Shown here piece after piece: positions 28,505-39,594 of a stretch of DNA of 64,000 nucleotides (position 1 is the first letter of the stretch; every line of letters starts with the position of its first letter). This DNA comes from Nitrospirota bacterium (GTDB taxonomy: Bacteria; Nitrospirota; Nitrospiria; Nitrospirales; Nitrospiraceae). Made by a program: the position numbers and the translations under genes. The stretch is from positions 32,001 through 96,000 of the forward strand of contig CAVPGK010000021.1 in assembly GCA_963703955.1 (NCBI GenBank), read 5' to 3'. Under the pieces are notes generated by a model that was not told where the DNA came from, searched no databases, and saw only the letters and a list, made by a program, of their open reading frames with translations.

Positions 28505-29254
28505 TTAACGATCAACCTTCAACGGTACGCTCCCTCCCGCCGTAATGAACTCCCGCACAGCCGGATCCGTTGTGCGTTGAAATTCCTCCGTGGGCGCCAT
28601 CACGGCAATCTTCCCGTCCTTCAGCATTGCGACCCAGTCTGAAATGGAAAAAATCTCCGGGATCTCATGGCTCACCATCACGGCGGTGAACTTGAACCGC
28701 TGCTGCGTCGCTGTGATCAGATCATGGATCGTCTTGGCCATTAGCGGATCCAATCCTGTGGTCGGCTCATCAAACAGGATGATTTCTGGCTCCATCACCA
28801 GGGCACGCGCGAGGCCCGTCCGCTTTTTCATCCCGCCGCTTAACTCGGCCGGAAACTTATACCCCATCCCGGACAGGCCGACCTGCTGCAGCTTCTCCTC
28901 GACCCGCCGCGTCACCTCCGTATTCGGCAGCCGGAGTTTCTCCCGCAACGGAAACGCGACGTTCTCAAAGACCGTCAAGGAATCAAACAGGGCCGCTCCT
29001 TGAAACAGCATCGCAAAGCGTTTTCTCACCTCGTTCAATTCTTTCGATTTGAGACGTGAGATTTCCACTCCATCGACCCAGACCTCCCCCTTGTCCGGCT
29101 GCAAGAGTCCGATGATGTGTTTGAGCAGCACGCTCTTTCCCCCGCCGCTCCGCCCGATCACGGTAGTCAGCTGACGAGCTGGGATCGTCAGATCGACCCC
29201 ATTCAGAACCGGCTGACCACCAAGTCTTTTCTCAACGCCGACAAGTTTGATCAT
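28505..29254 (-). CDS. mlaF: MlaF ABC ATPase
   Basis: GRSGGGKS, FQGAALFDSL, LSGGMKKR and DEPTTGLDP. Confidence 0.92.
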   Translation of the reverse strand: MIKLVGVEKRLGGQPVLNGVDLTIPARQLTTVIGRSGGGKSVLLKHIIGLLQPDKGEVWVDGVEISRLKSKELNEVRKRFAMLFQGAALFDSLTVFENVAFPLREKLRLPNTEVTRRVEEKLQQVGLSGMGYKFPAELSGGMKKRTGLARALVMEPEIILFDEPTTGLDPLMAKTIHDLITATQQRFKFTAVMVSHEIPEIFSISDWVAMLKDGKIAVMAPTEEFQRTTDPAVREFITAGGSVPLKVDR

Positions 29255-29266
29255 GCGAATTCAACA

Positions 29267-29320
29267 CCGAGGACTGAGTGCTGAGGACTGAGGGAGTTCC
29301 TACACTCAGCACTCAGCGCT
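29267..29320. repeat. Short heptamer tandem repeats in inverted arrangement
   Basis: ccgagga-ctgagtg-ctgagga-ctgaggg followed by actcagc-actcagc-gct. Confidence 0.6.
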
Positions 29321-29322
29321 TC

Positions 29323-30096
29323 CTAGAGCAGCACCGAGGTCAGGAAATAATCCCATACCAAGATCACAACCGACGACAAGACGACCGCTTGTGTCGTTGC
29401 CATTCCCAAGCCTTCGGCGCTCATTCTCGTGTAGTACCCCTTGTAGCAGCACACCCAGGTGATCAGGAGCCCGAAGCTGATGGACTTGAGAATGCCGCCA
29501 TAGACATCTTTCCATTCGACAGCCGACTCGATGGAGCTCCAATACGAGCCTGCGTTGACGCCCAGCAGATCGACCCCGACAAGATAGCCACCGTAAATTC
29601 CGACAACATCGAAAATCGCCACCAACAGAGGCACGCCGATCAGCCCTGCCACCACCTTCGGTGCAATGAGGTACTGCTGAGGATTGATGGCCATGGTATC
29701 GAGCGCGTCGATCTGTTCCGTAATGCGCATGATGCCGATTTCCGCCGTCATCGCCGACCCGGCGCGGGCGGTGACCATCAGCGAGGCCAGAACCGGTCCG
29801 AGTTCCCGAATCATACTCAACGCCACCGCGGAACCTAAGAGCGCTTCGGAGCCGAACTTTCTGAGCGTGTAATAGCCTTGCAATCCTAGCACCATGCCGG
29901 TAAAGGCGGCCGTGAGGATCACCACGAACATGGACTTATAGCCGATAAAGTGGAGTTGCTTGAAGATCTGGAACGGACGGAACGGCGGGCGAACGAGCCA
30001 CATGAAGGTGGTGAGCAGAAACAGCAGCATCCGCCCCATCTCCTCTACCAGCGACAGGGTCCTGCCGCCGAGGTGTGACAACGAGCGGATCACCAC
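29323..30096 (-). CDS. mlaE: MlaE ABC permease
   Basis: IRELGPVL, RAGSAMTAEIGIMRITEQIDAL and ATTQAVV. Confidence 0.93.
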   Translation of the reverse strand: MVIRSLSHLGGRTLSLVEEMGRMLLFLLTTFMWLVRPPFRPFQIFKQLHFIGYKSMFVVILTAAFTGMVLGLQGYYTLRKFGSEALLGSAVALSMIRELGPVLASLMVTARAGSAMTAEIGIMRITEQIDALDTMAINPQQYLIAPKVVAGLIGVPLLVAIFDVVGIYGGYLVGVDLLGVNAGSYWSSIESAVEWKDVYGGILKSISFGLLITWVCCYKGYYTRMSAEGLGMATTQAVVLSSVVILVWDYFLTSVLL

Positions 30097-30135
30097 TGGA
30101 ACATCCGCGTGACCATGAGGGTCCGGCGATGACGG

Positions 30136-30888
30136 CTATCCACGAAGATCATCGAAGAACCTCCCAAAAAAGACGGTGAGCCGGTCGGACGCCGTCGCGG
30201 CTTGTGAGCGCAGACGATGCAGGCCGATCAGAGAAGACGGTCGTGTCAAGCATGCCAACATTCCCTTCGGCCAGTCTATCGGATTTCTGAAGAGATTAAA
30301 ATCCACGGGAAGATCTTCGTCAAGCAAATCGGACACTGTCCGGATGACTGCAAACGGCATGTTCCATTCGACGGCACACATGCCCACGGCTGCGCTTTCC
30401 ATATCCAGACCAATGGCGCCGCTCTTGGCCGCGACCCTGCGCTTCTCATCGGCGCGCCATAGGATGCGCGGCACCGATACCACTCGACCGCTTCGCACTG
30501 AGATAGCTGTGGCTTTCGCTGCGATCACGGCCGCCTCGATCACATCGGAAACGCAGGAGATCGACTCACCTGCCCCGCCAAGATCATCGGGATTCTCTCC
30601 ACTGATCACATCCGTTCCGATCACCAGATCGCCGATACCGGAAGCGCTTAGCGCGCACACAAATCCTGAGGAGACAATCAGATCAAGCTGGTGATGTTGC
30701 AGCATCGCCCGGCAGGCCTCTTGCGCTTTGACCATCCCCACACCGGTTCGAATCACCATGACTTCGCACCGCCCCCGTTGCCCGATCAATCCGGGTCGGT
30801 CGCTAAGACGCCGCACCTTGCCGGAGAGCGCGCGGCGGACCGCGTTCAACTCCCATCGGGTTGCCATACAGATTCCGACCCGTTTCAC
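30136..30888 (-). CDS. hpnG: Hopanoid-associated nucleoside phosphorylase (HpnG-like)
   Basis: PNP/UDP fold: TGVG, SSGF, DMESAA and RTVSD. Directly downstream of shc. Confidence 0.72.
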   Translation of the reverse strand: MKRVGICMATRWELNAVRRALSGKVRRLSDRPGLIGQRGRCEVMVIRTGVGMVKAQEACRAMLQHHQLDLIVSSGFVCALSASGIGDLVIGTDVISGENPDDLGGAGESISCVSDVIEAAVIAAKATAISVRSGRVVSVPRILWRADEKRRVAAKSGAIGLDMESAAVGMCAVEWNMPFAVIRTVSDLLDEDLPVDFNLFRNPIDWPKGMLACLTRPSSLIGLHRLRSQAATASDRLTVFFGRFFDDLRG

Positions 30889-31093
30889 CCGGATGCACTC
30901 AACCGTTGCTTAGCCGTGTCGGTGAGAAGACTTTATCCGATCACACCAGCGAACCGAAAGGCTTCGGGTATGAGGACCGTTGAATGCATGCGCTATGCTC
31001 GGCGCTGATTCAACCAACCCTGGATGCGCGGCGTCTCGGCGAAAGAGCGAGCTTCGGCATGTTCGACCGGGCGGGGAACCCGTGTGGGGTGGC

Positions 31094-33277
31094 TTACCAT
31101 CCTGTATCAGACCGGAAGCACCCGGATTCCTGGGTGATCCGACGCAAGTCATCCGCCCGAGCGTACCCACGGGACCTGACGTTGCGATACATGGCGAGCG
31201 CCCAGAGAGGAAAGTATTGGCAGTACCAATGATAGCGGAGGTAGAAAACACGAGGGAACCCCGTGCCGGTGTGTCTGACCTCGACCCAAGATCCATCTTC
31301 CCGTTGATGCCGAAGTAGATAATTAACCCCCCGTACTGTGGTGAGCGAATCCGATACGCCGGCCGACAGCAAAGCCAGGATAGCCCAAGCCGTCTGCGAG
31401 GGCGTGCTGTCGCCCCGGCCGGCCTCGGCCTGATCCGCATAGGAGAGGCAGGATTCCCCCCATCCCCCGTCAGGATTCTGCTTGGACTGTAGCCACATGA
31501 CCGCTCGGCGGACCGACTCCGACGACATATCCTCGCCAATGGCCTTCAAGCCAGCTAAGACCGACCACGTGCCGTAAATATAGTTAACCCCCCAACGCCC
31601 ATACCAGCTTCCGTCGCTCTCCTGTTCTCGTCTGATAAATTCCAGCGCCGGTCGGACGGCCGGATGTCTGCGGTCATACCCAAGCGCCCCCAACATCTCA
31701 AGGCATCGCCCGGCAAGGTCGGCGGTACTGGGGTCCAGAAGCGCACGGTGGTCGGCAAACGGAATCAGATTGAAGACCATCTTATTGTTGTCTTTGTCGT
31801 AGGCGCCCCAGCCGCCATCAGAGCCTTGCATAGCCATGACCCACCGATATCCTCGAGCCATCGCCTGCTGCTGGACTTCACGATCAGCGAGGCGAAGCTT
31901 GGCCAACGCCATCAAGACCACGGCGCTATCATCGACGTCCGGATATCGCTCATTTTCAAACTGGAAGTACCATCCGCCGGGCTCTGCTGCGGGCGCCGAC
32001 TCTTTCCAGTCACCGACCGTGCGGGTTTGGCGCGACAACATCCATTCGGCCCCTTTGACCAGCGCCGGATGATCCTCCGGAAGACCCGTCTCAATCATGG
32101 CGTTGATCAGCAACGCGGTATCCCAGATGGGGGAGAAGCATGGCTGCAAGTGGAGCGTCTCGACTCGCCCATGGGCGGTGTTCATGGCCTCGTGGACTTC
32201 GAGTTCTTCGAGTTCCCGCAGGCCCTTGACCACCAACGGATGATCGACACCATACCCCAAGCATCGTAGCGCAAGAATGGAGTTGGCCATGGCCGGGTAG
32301 ATGGCGCCGAGGCCGCCGTTGCCCTTAAGATGATCCAACATCCAATCCGCAGCTCTCTGCAGGGCGGCGGCCCGCAGGGAGCGAAGCGGGATACGATCGT
32401 AGAGCTTCAATGCCGAGTCCAGGGTAATGAACAGATTGCGCCAGGTGAAGAACGCCGCATCTTTTCTTAAGGGCAACTCCTGGGAATAGCGCACCTGATG
32501 GCGGGGTGTGACAAACAGCTCATCGATCCCCTGCTCTTTCGGAATACGGAAGACTGGCCGGTGGGCAAAGACGATCAGCAGCGGAATGAGAACGGCCCTC
32601 GTCCAGTAGGAGACGGCATAGATGCTGAAATAAAAGCGCTTGGGCAACAGCATGATCTCGGGCGGCATGCTGGGAATGCCTTGCCAATCGTATTGGTCGA
32701 ACAGAGCCAACACAACCTTGGTGAACACATTGGCCGACACCACCCCGCCCTTGGCGAGAATGGCTTCTTTCGCTCGGATCATGAACGGTTCATCCGGCGA
32801 GACTCCCGCCAGCTTGAGCGCAAAATATGCCTTCACCGACGCGCTGATCTCACAGGGACCCCCATGGTAAATCGGCCAACCGCCATCAGCGAGCTGGATC
32901 GCCTGCAGATAACGGACCGTCTTCCGTTCCCGTTCAGGATCGACGAGTCCCAAAAATCGTCGGAGCATCAGATACTCGGAGGTCAACGTGGAATCTGCCT
33001 CGAGTTCAGCGACCCAGAAACCCTGCTCCGGATCTTGCCGCTGCAATAGCCATGTCTTGCTCCGACGGATTGCCTCGTCGATCGATTCCGAATGACCGAC
33101 CGATGCACCGACAGCCCGGCGGGTCGAGGGATCGGCTGTGGGGATCGGATGAGGGTTGTGCGACACCAAGCGAAGCGCCGGAGAAGAACGAAGGCGGACT
33201 CCGACCTTGAGCCGATTCGGCACAGAGGCAAGCAGGCTATCAGACAAACGGGTAATCAGACTCCTAATGAGCTTCAT
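31094..33277 (-). CDS. shc: Squalene-hopene cyclase
   Basis: YPDVDDSA (DxDD), QW repeats (QxxDGGW), SPIWDT and GTGFPRVFYLRYH. Confidence 0.97.
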   Translation of the reverse strand: MKLIRSLITRLSDSLLASVPNRLKVGVRLRSSPALRLVSHNPHPIPTADPSTRRAVGASVGHSESIDEAIRRSKTWLLQRQDPEQGFWVAELEADSTLTSEYLMLRRFLGLVDPERERKTVRYLQAIQLADGGWPIYHGGPCEISASVKAYFALKLAGVSPDEPFMIRAKEAILAKGGVVSANVFTKVVLALFDQYDWQGIPSMPPEIMLLPKRFYFSIYAVSYWTRAVLIPLLIVFAHRPVFRIPKEQGIDELFVTPRHQVRYSQELPLRKDAAFFTWRNLFITLDSALKLYDRIPLRSLRAAALQRAADWMLDHLKGNGGLGAIYPAMANSILALRCLGYGVDHPLVVKGLRELEELEVHEAMNTAHGRVETLHLQPCFSPIWDTALLINAMIETGLPEDHPALVKGAEWMLSRQTRTVGDWKESAPAAEPGGWYFQFENERYPDVDDSAVVLMALAKLRLADREVQQQAMARGYRWVMAMQGSDGGWGAYDKDNNKMVFNLIPFADHRALLDPSTADLAGRCLEMLGALGYDRRHPAVRPALEFIRREQESDGSWYGRWGVNYIYGTWSVLAGLKAIGEDMSSESVRRAVMWLQSKQNPDGGWGESCLSYADQAEAGRGDSTPSQTAWAILALLSAGVSDSLTTVRGVNYLLRHQREDGSWVEVRHTGTGFPRVFYLRYHWYCQYFPLWALAMYRNVRSRGYARADDLRRITQESGCFRSDTGW

Positions 33278-33442
33278 GCCACCTTGTACAAAGCTGGAAA
33301 CGAGAAAGAGAACCTAGGAAGGGAGGACCCACCTTCCACCGCACGCCCGCGACAGCCAGGGCAAAAAGCATTTTGACAACAGGGGTTTATAGCAAAGCGT
33401 GGCAGGGCTGTCAAGCAAAAGGTAGGGGGGCGGAGGGAGTAC

Positions 33443-33550
33443 CTAGGGTCAACTCCGAACTCGCGCACCGCGCACGTTTTCCGCCCAAGCGCGCCAAGAC
33501 GCACTCCCTCCCGGGACTGCGCACGGTGAACGCGCAGGAGAGTCGCCCCA
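33443..33550 (-). repeat. Intergenic hairpin family copy (with module B variant)
   Basis: Minus strand ctgcgcgttcaccg...agtgcgtcttggcgcgct...gtgcgcggtgcgcgagt within an outer stem. Confidence 0.7.
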
Positions 33551-33633
33551 AGCATTCCCCGAAAAAGGTGGCGCAAGAAGGTTTAGCGCCCGAGCTGAGA
33601 ACCGCGAACGCGCTTGTCACCTCAAAATAAACG

Positions 33634-36600
33634 TCAAGCGGGTTGGAGGTCCGCGAGCCGCACCGAGACCAGCTTGGAGATACCCGGCTCTTCCATTGTG
33701 ACGCCGAACAGAGAATCAGCAAGGGCCATCGTCTGCTTGTTATGCGTAATCACGACGAATTGAGCGCCATCGGACAGGTCGCGCAACACACCGGTGAATC
33801 GTCCGATGTTTTCCTCATCCAGAGGGGCGTCGATCTCATCGAGAATGCAAAAAGGCGTCGGCCGGATAAGAAAACTGGCGAAAATCAGCGCCATGGCGGT
33901 CAGCGTCTTCTCTCCACCTGATAACATGGCGATACTCTTAAGACGCTTGCCAGGCGGTTGCGCAGCGATATCCACCCCGGGTTCCTCCGAACCAGGTCCC
34001 GAATCGAGGTCCGGCTGCGGTTCCGTCAATACCAGCTCGGCGCGGCCTCCGGGGAAGAATCGACCGAACACCTCCCCAAACTTTTCTTGTAACTCATCGA
34101 ACGTCTCGCGGAACAACTCCTTGGTTGTCCTGTTGATGCGGCTGATGATTTCTTTCAATGAGCTCACCGATCGAGAGAGGTCTTCTTCCTGCGTGGTGAG
34201 GAATCGGTGGCGCTCTTCCAGTTCCCGATGCTCTTCGATCGCAGCCAAATTGATCGGCCCCAGCCGTTCGAGTCGGTCGCGAATCTTCTGAAGTTGATTC
34301 CTTAGCACGATCGAAGAGTCTTCCGCGGGTTCGAGGCCCACTCCGCCTGATTCGGCACGCGCCTCGACAGGTTCCTGAGCCAGGGCCGCTTCGATCGTGA
34401 GCTGATAGGTCCCGGACAAGGTGCTCTCCCGGACCGATAGCTGGGTGGTGACCTCTGCTCGTCGCACTTCGACCGAGGTGCGCGCTCCTCGGTTCGAGTT
34501 CAATGCCGCGCGCACGGCGGCAAGCTTCTCTTCCAATTCCCGCGACGCGTCTAGATGCCGGTTGTATTGTTGCTCGGCCGATACCAGTTCTGTCCGTGTC
34601 ACGCCAGCACGCTGATCCAGGTTACGGACGAGGGCAACGTTCCGGTCACGCTCCACGCAATTCTGTTGGATCGACAGGTCCAACGCGCGAAGCTGCTCTC
34701 TTAGCTCATTCGCCCGACCATCGCGTTCTTCCTGTTCTCGTTGCAGACGGGTCCAATCCGCTTGGCCGTGCTCCAGCCTCGCACGCACGGATGCGAGGGA
34801 CATCCGTGATTCGGTCAGCCTGTGCTGCAGGCCCAGGCTCTCCTCTTCCATCGTCTTCAGCTCGGTCTGTAGTTGGGTGAGACCGCTCTCACGAAGCGTT
34901 TTTTCCTCAACCAGGCGCGCGACTTGATTGCCAACGGTTTGGAGTTCCTCTTGGATACGGATCCGTTCTTGCTCATCCACCTGGCGTTCGGTTCGAATCG
35001 TTTCGAGACGGCGAGCCAGATCCTCCATACTGTCCCTGAATGCCGCTTCATCCTTCGTCAAGGCCAGCCCGCGCATTTCTGCGTCACGGATCACTTCTTC
35101 GAGACGTTGCACCTTGGTGCGAATCGATTCGCACTGGACCGACAACCGTGCGCGATCCTGCCGGTTATCTTCCAATGTTCGCGACAAGACGCCGCGTTCT
35201 TCTTCCAGCCGCTGAATTTCCCGCCGGCGCAGCAGCAGACCTCCCGCGGTGCCAGCGGTTCCGCCGGTGATCACGCCCGCCGCGTCCATCACTTCGCCGT
35301 CGATGGTCACCAGCGTTGGGCCGTCGGGGGCCGACCACAACCCGCGCTCCCATTGCTCCACCGCCACCTCCAACGAGCTGACGATCACCACCCTCTCGAA
35401 CAAGGATGCCAGAACCTCTTGCGCCTCTGCTCCTGCCTGGACGAGGTCGATGGCACGCCCCCGTACTCCCGGCTTTCCCTGAAGCAACGGCCACCAGGCA
35501 TTCGATGGCCCCTTCGACGTCTCTTCCGCGTACCGCGGATGCATAGGCACGAATGCGCCTCGCCCCAGCCCCTTCTGATTCAGGAATTCGACCGCCCGGC
35601 GCGCCTGCATCGGAGTCTCCACTAACCATGCGCGCATACGTTCGCCCAAAATGGCTTCGACTGCCCGTTCCAGTCCCGGTGGGACGACAAGCCATTCCGC
35701 CACGGAATCCCGCACGCCCTGACAAGCGGCTCGCAACGAAGTATCCTCTTCCTCTCCGACTCGGCCGTAACCCATTTCTTCGCGCAGCACACCCTGCAAG
35801 GTGCGCAACCGTGATTGCACCGCGGCGAGTTCCTCTTGCCGTCGCGCCACCGTTTGATCGACTGTGCGGACATCTTCGACCAATCGCTCGGCCTCCCCGA
35901 CGGCAACCGCCATCTGAGCACGCAGATCCTGGACCGCCCGTGCCTCTTCTTCCCGGCTGATGACCGTCCCTTGAAAGCGCTCGAGCGCCACGGCATGCAG
36001 CGCCTCGATTTCAGCCAATTCCGTTGTCAGTCGTTCGATACGCCGGAGAGATGCCTCGTCCTGGTTGGTGAGACTCGCCAGCGTATTTTCACCGCTGGTG
36101 GCTTGTATCGTGATGGTGATGATCTCTCCCCGAGCTCGCTCCTCCTCTTTCCCTGCTTTCGCCCGGCGTATCGTCAGAGCTTCCCCAGCGACCTCGATGT
36201 CCGCGCAGATTTGCGTGCTCGCTTGGACATCGGCTTCCTCGGCTGAGAGCCGAGCGCGAAGGGCCGCTATCGCGACTTCCGCTTGCTCGCGACCGACACT
36301 GAGACGAGCCACCTCCTGCGTGTGCCTGAGCCCGTTGCTGCTCGTACAGGGCTAACCGTCCCTTTTCGATTTCGGCAGCGGTCAGCGCTTGCGCTTGCTC
36401 ATGTTCGACACGGGCCAACTCTTCCCGGACCCGGCCGACCGACTCGCTCCCCTCCAAAATGAGCAGCTTCAGCGCCTCGAAGTCGCCGTCGAGTCGAGCC
36501 TGCTCCGCCATCAGACCCGCCTCCTGCGTATCCAGCTTGCCCAGTTCGGTTTCCACTACGGCCCGATTTTCGATCAACGCACGGCATTCGCGAACGAGCA

Positions 36601-37312
36601 ATCGGATCTCCACAGCTCTGGCTTCCTGTTGCAGGGTTTGATACGAGCGCGCCTGGCGGGCTTGGCGCTCCAGCGAATTCAGTTGCCGCTTAACCTCAGT
36701 GACGATGTCCCGCACGCGCAGGAGATTCTGGTGTGTCGCATCAAGTTTCCGAAGCGCTTCGGCTTTTTGCTTCTTGTATCGGACGATGCCTGCGGTCTCT
36801 TCGATCAGTTCTCGGCGATCCTGAGGAGAGGCGTTCAGGATCTGTTCGATCCGTCCTTGCTCGATAATCGTATGACCTTTGGTTCCCGCTCGACTATCCA
36901 GGAACAAACTACGAATATCCTTCAGGCGGCAGGGCGTCTTGTTGACGAGGTACTCGCTCTCGCCGTTCCGGTAGAGCCGTCGGGTGACCATCACTTCATG
37001 GTATTCACCGAGACCGTGCGGGAAGGATGCCAGTCCATTGAGTCTCTCTTCACCAACGCCACCCATGATCAACGAGACTTCAGCCATCCCTAATGGCTTG
37101 CGGGCTTCGGTTCCGTTAAAGATGACATCCTCCATCCGCTCACTGCGCAGCGTCTTGGCGCTCTGTTCACCAAGAACCCAGAGTATAGCGTCCACCACGT
37201 TGCTCTTTCCGGTGCCGTTCGGCCCCACCACCGCGGTCACGCCTTTTGGAAATTCGATCCTGGCTTCGGCGAATGACTTGAACCCTGTCAACTCCAAGCA
37301 TTTCAGATACAT
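33634..37312 (-). CDS. smc: Chromosome segregation protein SMC (one frameshift near 36320)
   Basis: GFKSFA and GPNGTGKSN in the 36089-37393 ORF. Hinge, LSGGEK and LDEIDAPLD in the 33634-36312 ORF. Confidence 0.95.
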
Positions 37313-37476
37313 CCTGCCCCCTCTTGCTGGCTCTGGACCAGGCGCCGACCTGAAAATTTCGGCACTTCTACCACAGCTTTTCAACAAAAGCAAAAGAAAA
37401 CACCGTATCCGGTGGCATGTCAGAAGCTCTCCCCCCAGATATAGGAGGGGGACTAGGGAGAAGGGGATCGGCTTGC

Positions 37477-38424
37477 TTACGCCGTATTTTGGGAGGTCTT
37501 CACGGACACGAGTTCTTTCGGGAGTAAGAATTCAACGTCTTCATCAATGACGGTCAGCTCCTCGACATCATCGGCACCGTGGTCCTTGAGGTAGGCCACG
37601 ACTTCGGTCACCAGAACCTCAGGCGCGGATGCACCGGCCGTAATGCCGACGGCCCGGGCATGCTTGACCCATTTCGGATCTATATCCCGGGATGAGTCGA
37701 TGAGATAGGACGAAATTCCGCAATGCTCCGCCAACTCCCGAAGGCGATTGGAGTTCGAGCTGTTGGGTGAGCCGATGACCAGGATGACATCGACGAACTT
37801 GGCCAGTTCCTTGACGGCATTCTGTCGGTTCTGGGTTGCGTAACAGATATCTTCCTGGTGAGGTCCCTTGATGCCCGGAAACCGGCGGTTCAACGCGGCT
37901 ACGATATCGCGACATTCATCCACGCTCAAGGTCGTCTGCGTGACGTAGGAGAGGTGATGCGGGTTCTCAACCTTCAAGCTTTCGACGTCACTGACAGACG
38001 AGACGAGGTGGAACTTGTCGGGAAGCTGTCCCAACGTTCCAATGACCTCGGGGTGCCCCGCATGGCCGATGAGGATCAGCTCATACCCCTGGTTGTAATC
38101 CCGGTTCACTTCGTTGTGCACCTTGATCACGAGAGGACAGGTCGCATCGATGATCTTGAGATTTCGTCTGTTCCCTTCTTCCCAGACTTCCTTGGCCACT
38201 CCATGGGCGCTAAAAATCACGATAGCGCCATCCGGCACCTCACTGAGTTCTTCCACAAAGACGGCGCCTTTCTGACGCAACGAATTCACGACATGGCGGC
38301 TATGCACAATTTCATGCCGGACGTAGATAGGCGCCCCATAGGCTTTGAGCGACAGATCCACAATTTCAATCGCCCGATCCACGCCGGCACAGAACCCACG
38401 AGGCTTCGCCAGATAAATCTTCAT
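37477..38424 (-). CDS. ispH: 4-hydroxy-3-methylbut-2-enyl diphosphate reductase
   Basis: [32 protein letters not shown] and TAGASAPE. Confidence 0.97.
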   Translation of the reverse strand: MKIYLAKPRGFCAGVDRAIEIVDLSLKAYGAPIYVRHEIVHSRHVVNSLRQKGAVFVEELSEVPDGAIVIFSAHGVAKEVWEEGNRRNLKIIDATCPLVIKVHNEVNRDYNQGYELILIGHAGHPEVIGTLGQLPDKFHLVSSVSDVESLKVENPHHLSYVTQTTLSVDECRDIVAALNRRFPGIKGPHQEDICYATQNRQNAVKELAKFVDVILVIGSPNSSNSNRLRELAEHCGISSYLIDSSRDIDPKWVKHARAVGITAGASAPEVLVTEVVAYLKDHGADDVEELTVIDEDVEFLLPKELVSVKTSQNTA

Positions 38425-38719
38425 ACCTTCATTCCTCATTCCCTTATTTCTCAGGATCATTAAGCTTTTACCATACGTCAGACATCCGCCACGCGTCAAC
38501 TGAAATCAGGAATTCGCGTTGTTCCGATGCGAGACTGCCCGTATGACTAGCCTCATTCTCCCATTATCAAACTTCGTTCCAGCGAGCCCACTCTGCACGA
38601 GAAGGAGCGCGTCGTGCGTTGGGAGAGATGGGTGAAAACTTCCGCGCTGCGCAAGCAGTGCGTTCTCCTTTCACAATCACCTCACTTCCAGGTGTCAACG
38701 CGATACATGGATCAAATAT

Positions 38720-38818
38720 GACGGAGCGGCCGGGCGGCCTCTAACTGGGCGCGTCCAGCGAGCACTCTTCCGAGAGTGGGCGCTGCGCGAGCAATGGAGG
38801 CTGCCCGGTTGCTCCGTC
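38720..38818 (+). repeat. Intergenic hairpin family copy
   Basis: 22-bp outer stem enclosing actgggcgcgtccagcgagcactcttccgagagtgggcgctgcgcgagca. A degenerate copy lies at about 38600-38670. Confidence 0.85.
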
Positions 38819-38873
38819 TTCATTTCCTCTCTCGCTTGACACCCTCCCCCCCTTCTCATTACGCTGTCGCTCG

Positions 38874-39581
38874 ATGGGCGCACCCACCGGCAAGAAAATC
38901 CTGATCGTGGAGGATGAAAAAGACATCCTCAATCTCGTTAAATTGTATTTGGAGAAAGAAGGGTACCGGGTCAGCACCGCGTTCACCGGCCTCGACGGGC
39001 TCAAGCTGGTAAAGACCGAGCGTCCCGATCTGGTGATCCTGGATCTCATGCTCGCCGAGATGGATGGTCTGGAGGTGTGCAAGCGAATCCGAGGGGCACC
39101 CGAGATCGCCATGACCCCCATCATTATGCTCACCGCAAAGGCCGAGGAGTCCGATACCATCATTGGCTTGGAATTGGGGGCGGATGACTATGTGACCAAG
39201 CCGTTCAGCCCGAAGGCGCTGGTTGCGCGAGTCAAAGCGCTCTTCCGGAGATTGGAACGCACGAAAGAAGGCCCGACTCGCCTCGTGTATGGAACGATTA
39301 TTATGGATCTATCCCGCCATGAGGTGACCACCGACGGCAGTGACGTGCCGCTTACGGCAAAAGAGTTCGGCTTACTCGAGCACCTCCTGCGAAATGCGGG
39401 CCGGGTTCTGACCCGAGATACACTGTTGAGCTCCGTCTGGGGATACGATTACTACGGCACCACACGGACCGTAGACGTCCATATTCGTCGGCTGAAGCAA
39501 AAGCTCCCTCCGCTCAGCGACGCCATCGTGTCCATCAAGTCGCTTGGCTACAAGCTCAAGGATTGGCAGAGCCCCTCTTAG
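38874..39581 (+). CDS. phoB: OmpR-family response regulator, PhoB/PhoP-like
   Basis: Receiver domain (VEDE, LDLML, GADDYVTKPF) plus winged helix (RTVDVHIRRL). Paired with a PhoR-like kinase near pit. Confidence 0.8.
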   Translation: MGAPTGKKILIVEDEKDILNLVKLYLEKEGYRVSTAFTGLDGLKLVKTERPDLVILDLMLAEMDGLEVCKRIRGAPEIAMTPIIMLTAKAEESDTIIGLELGADDYVTKPFSPKALVARVKALFRRLERTKEGPTRLVYGTIIMDLSRHEVTTDGSDVPLTAKEFGLLEHLLRNAGRVLTRDTLLSSVWGYDYYGTTRTVDVHIRRLKQKLPPLSDAIVSIKSLGYKLKDWQSPS

Positions 39582-39594
39582 CCGGGCTCGTCTC

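Noticed and set aside
38720..38818. 6S RNA or SRP RNA
   Set aside because: Too short for 6S, lacks the SRP GGAA-loop motif, and has several homologs in the window, so treated as a repeat.
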